Shown here piece by piece: positions 61,184 through 64,000 of a stretch of DNA of 64,000 nt (its first letter is position 1; every line of letters begins with the position of its first letter). This DNA is from Podarcis filfolensis (Eukaryota), in NCBI GenBank assembly GCA_964270895.1, contig OZ185435.1, one strand, 5' to 3'. The notes beneath the pieces were generated by a model. It was given only the letters and a program-made list of their open reading frames with translations, made no database searches and had not been told where the DNA came from. The translations under genes and the position numbers were made by a program.

Positions 61184-61295
61184 CTGCCTTTGATCCTCCT
61201 TTGAAATACGACGCAAGCTGAGAGTCTCCCTTTCTAATGGGTTTTCTGCTAATCTCATTCTTCTGCGTATGGTCAAAGCTTGTTTCTCTGCCAAC
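61184..61295 (-). CDS. MOK: MOK exon (human exon 10 equivalent; R|LAEKQAL...ISKEDQRQ)
   Basis: Acceptor GAACAG|G, donor CAG|GTAATC, 112 nt, phase 2/0 compatible with both neighbours. Confidence 0.85.
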
Positions 61296-61771
61296 CTGTT
61301 CAGCACAGAGCCAGACAAAATCTCACCTATGAAACTCAAAATTCATTTGTGTCAACTAGAGAGTCGAGCCAACATAGCACCTTCCGTTTTTCAGCCGTAC
61401 TAAACAGTAATTTAAAATGCAGCTGTTAAGTACCCAAACCTAGTGAAGTAGGTCAAGATTTAAGCTTGGATGCTATAGGTGTAATTTAAGTCCTCTGGGT
61501 GATATCCAGTGTTGAATCGTGTTTGCACCAGTGGGACTTTCCCTTCCTCGCAGCCCCCCACCTGCCCCTGTGGTCTGCTTTAGTTAGCCAAGGGCCTCTC
61601 TGGAGCAGTTTGTGAGGATTAAGGCGGTTGTGAGAGGAAGGGAAGTCCTGTTCATGCACTGTTGCAATGGTGGACCTCACTCACTGATTTTAAGTCTGGG
61701 ATTAAGAAGCTGGAGACACCAGCAACTCCACATTTATTGCTCAATTCAAGAGACACTGAAAGTTTACTTAC

Positions 61772-61945
61772 CTTAATTCTCTGAAGTAAGGGTGCTGTAG
61801 GGCTTCATGGGCACAGATCCTCTCGTCAGGATCATATTGTATCATTGCATACATAAGAGTTAGGCTCTTGTTTGACAAGCTAGGCATAAATGGAGAGATT
61901 CCTGTCCCTTTTCTGATGGGAAAATCAAAGCTCATCACTCGTGAC
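61772..61945 (-). CDS. MOK: MOK exon (human exon 9 equivalent; SRVMSFDFP...YDPDERICAHEALQHPYFREL)
   Basis: Acceptor ATGCAG|G, donor AG|GTAAGT, 174 nt; kinase subdomain XI motif YDPDER..ALQHPYF. Confidence 0.95.
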
Positions 61946-63117
61946 CTGCATTAATCCAGTGAAAGGAAACACATTCCTGTCAGGAGGCTATTAATGTCAG
62001 CCTTACTGGGGAGATGGGGCAGGGATGCCAAAGAGATAAAGCTGACGTAGAAAATCTTGAAGGCTAAATACACATTTTGCTCTTTGTCTGACCTTCGATT
62101 TGTCTACCCAGAAGCAGCAGGTTCACAGTTTGTTTGTGCTTTTGGCTCCAGCTCTGTCACTGGAAGCCTCAGCAGCTTAGAAGTGCCTTTTACCAATGGC
62201 AATTGCTTTGACTGATGCAGCCATTCCTGGACTAGGAAAACCTGGCCACAGCAGTTCACAAACTGAAGACTGGATCGCTGCAGTGCACCCTAGGTGGGGC
62301 TTCCCTCGCACTTGATCTAGAAGCTGAAGTTTGTGCAGAGTTGCTGCAGCACAATTACTGACAATAGTGAGACTTTGTCAGTGTATAACACCTATGGTCA
62401 GAGATCTGGCTACCGGGCCGTCTTCAGCGGTGCTTTGCAACCCATAGCCTACTTAACATATACATAGCATTGTTGAGTGTTCAAAGGACTTCTCATACAT
62501 TAATGATTCACGTTATTCCCATGTTATAGAGGATGAAGTTGAGAAGACAGTAGCTTGCCTCAGGGCACTTGGCGAGGTCATGGCAGAGGTGACTTCCTGA
62601 CTCAGCATCTTGGCCATTAAGTAAATAACAGGTATCAGGATCTTCCCGTGCTTGAGGAGGTACTCATTGATCACAGTTTAAAATACCACAATGCTGGAGT
62701 AGAAGCATGTGTGACTTGTGGCATAGGGGTGGGGAGTGGGATCTCTGGGGAGGCAAAGGGATAAATGCATGTCCCTCTGCTGGATCTGCTCTGTGCTTGG
62801 AGCCTGAAGCTGGTATATCTGTACCACTTAACACTCTGAAGCAGAGATCTAATTTGCTTTTGAATGGAAAAGTAGACAGCGAGCAATCTAATCAATTCAC
62901 AAGATGACATGATTTGGAGTGTGACCTCAGCTCACAACCGATGAAGTAGCCTCAGGTTACACTGAATTGTTAGTCTACAGTGTTTTAGCTACGAACTAGC
63001 AAACAGCTTCCTTGACATGATGTGTGAGCATTCTCCTCTAAATTAAGACATTTATTTGTTCAGGTTCGATCACAGAGAAGATGCACTATTAAATCCCAGA
63101 ATTCAAAATGTACTTAC

Positions 63118-63219
63118 TGCTTGAACTTATTAAGAATCTTCTTGGGAGGAGTACCTACAATATCATGGATTTTTGATATTTGGTCCAGTTCATTAGATCC
63201 AGGAAAGAGTGGGTGGAAA
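63118..63219 (-). CDS. MOK: MOK exon (human exon 8 equivalent; FHPLFPGSNELDQISKIHDIVGTPPKKILNKFKQ)
   Basis: Acceptor TTGTTTCTAG|T, donor CA|GTAAGT, 102 nt; CMGC kinase PLFPG..ELDQI motif. Upstream exons lie beyond the window. Confidence 0.95.
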
Positions 63220-63713
63220 CTAGAAACAAGAAAAGGGGAATTGGTTGGCCAGTCTGGGAAATTAAACTGCCAGGGTTGAGGGTTTTCTCCTTGTGAGAAA
63301 AACTGTCCAGTCTTAAATTGTGGCACAGGTGTTGGTAGTATTTGCCCCCTGCGCCAACTATTGAGGAGATTACAGGTGGAATTCAGCACTGTGCTATTGC
63401 AAACATTCCATCTGTGCAAGCAATGCAGCTTGCAAGACAGAACAATCTTCTCTCCCTCCCCATGTGCTGTTCTGGGGTTTCTTCCATCCCTCTCAAATCC
63501 ACCCCCACCCCAGTGAAGACTCAAGTATATGTTTACTAGCAAGGCCAAAGACTATATCTAAAACCCTCTCCACGCAAAAGCATGTGCTTTCCCACTGAGC
63601 TTTACCTGTTGTTGTCCAGCTTTTCACAGTATCTGAAATTGTTTCCGTGACACAACTGTGAACACTTCATGCCATCTACACAATCCTACCCTTATGTGAA
63701 TTTCACTCTAAGA

Positions 63714-63924
63714 CAAGGGCGGTGTGTCCCGTTCTGCCGCCCGAGGCAAAATGGGAAGGTGCTGCCCCACTGCCAATGCCTCCGTTACCTGGGTCGCGAA
63801 GTGGTGGCAGGAAGCCGCCACCGCTGCTTGTCTACTAATGACGGGGCAGACAGGGGTACCACCTCGTGGTGTTCCACTGCCCAAGGCGGCTGCCTCAGCC
63901 CACCTCATGGCTGGGCCGGCCCTG
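63714..63924. mobile_element. Probable PIF/Harbinger-derived GC-rich MITE
   Basis: Ends AAGGGCGG...GGGCCGGCCCTG with internal CTGCCGCCCGAGGC / CTGCCCAAGGCGGC; TSD not resolved. Confidence 0.45.
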
Positions 63925-64000
63925 CTCTCAAGTCAAACCACCAATTCCTTTAAGATAATGTACCTTGCAATTTCATAGAACACACAGCCAGCACTCCACA

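Noticed and set aside
63220-63548. Upstream extension of the 144-aa minus ORF as MOK coding sequence
   Set aside because: Kinase similarity starts only at the acceptor at 63219; the remainder is intron.
1-64000. CRISPR arrays, rRNA, snoRNA or prokaryote-type systems
   Set aside because: Eukaryotic intron-exon locus; no repeat-spacer array, rRNA or paired C/D or H/ACA box structure recognised.

Overview
Vertebrate genomic DNA, almost certainly a squamate reptile and probably a lacertid lizard (inferred from Podarcis-type Sauria SINEs, BovB and young L2). The window holds the complete WDR20 gene on the + strand: CpG-island promoter at about 4.6-5.45 kb, coding exons 4994-5242, 38014-38196 and 41512-42792/42810, and an alternative last exon at 54367-54420. 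It also holds the last five coding exons of the convergent MOK kinase gene on the - strand (63219 down to 59278), matching the amniote WDR20-MOK synteny. The 32.8-kb intron 1 and the flanks are full of mobile elements (CR1, L2, RTE/BovB, Sauria SINE, tRNA-derived SINEs, hAT and Tc1/mariner MITEs), several nested and with readable target-site duplications (TSDs). There is one 136-N assembly gap. The most unusual signals are: (1) two young Penelope-like pseudo-LTR insertions in WDR20 intron 1, one carrying a near-intact minimal hammerhead ribozyme on the pre-mRNA strand and one forming a perfect 53-bp hairpin; (2) an out-of-frame upstream ORF overlapping the WDR20 start; (3) a candidate extra WDR20 exon that would add a hydrophobic, tail-anchor-like C-terminus. 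Comparisons with human proteins are from memory and no database searches were run.
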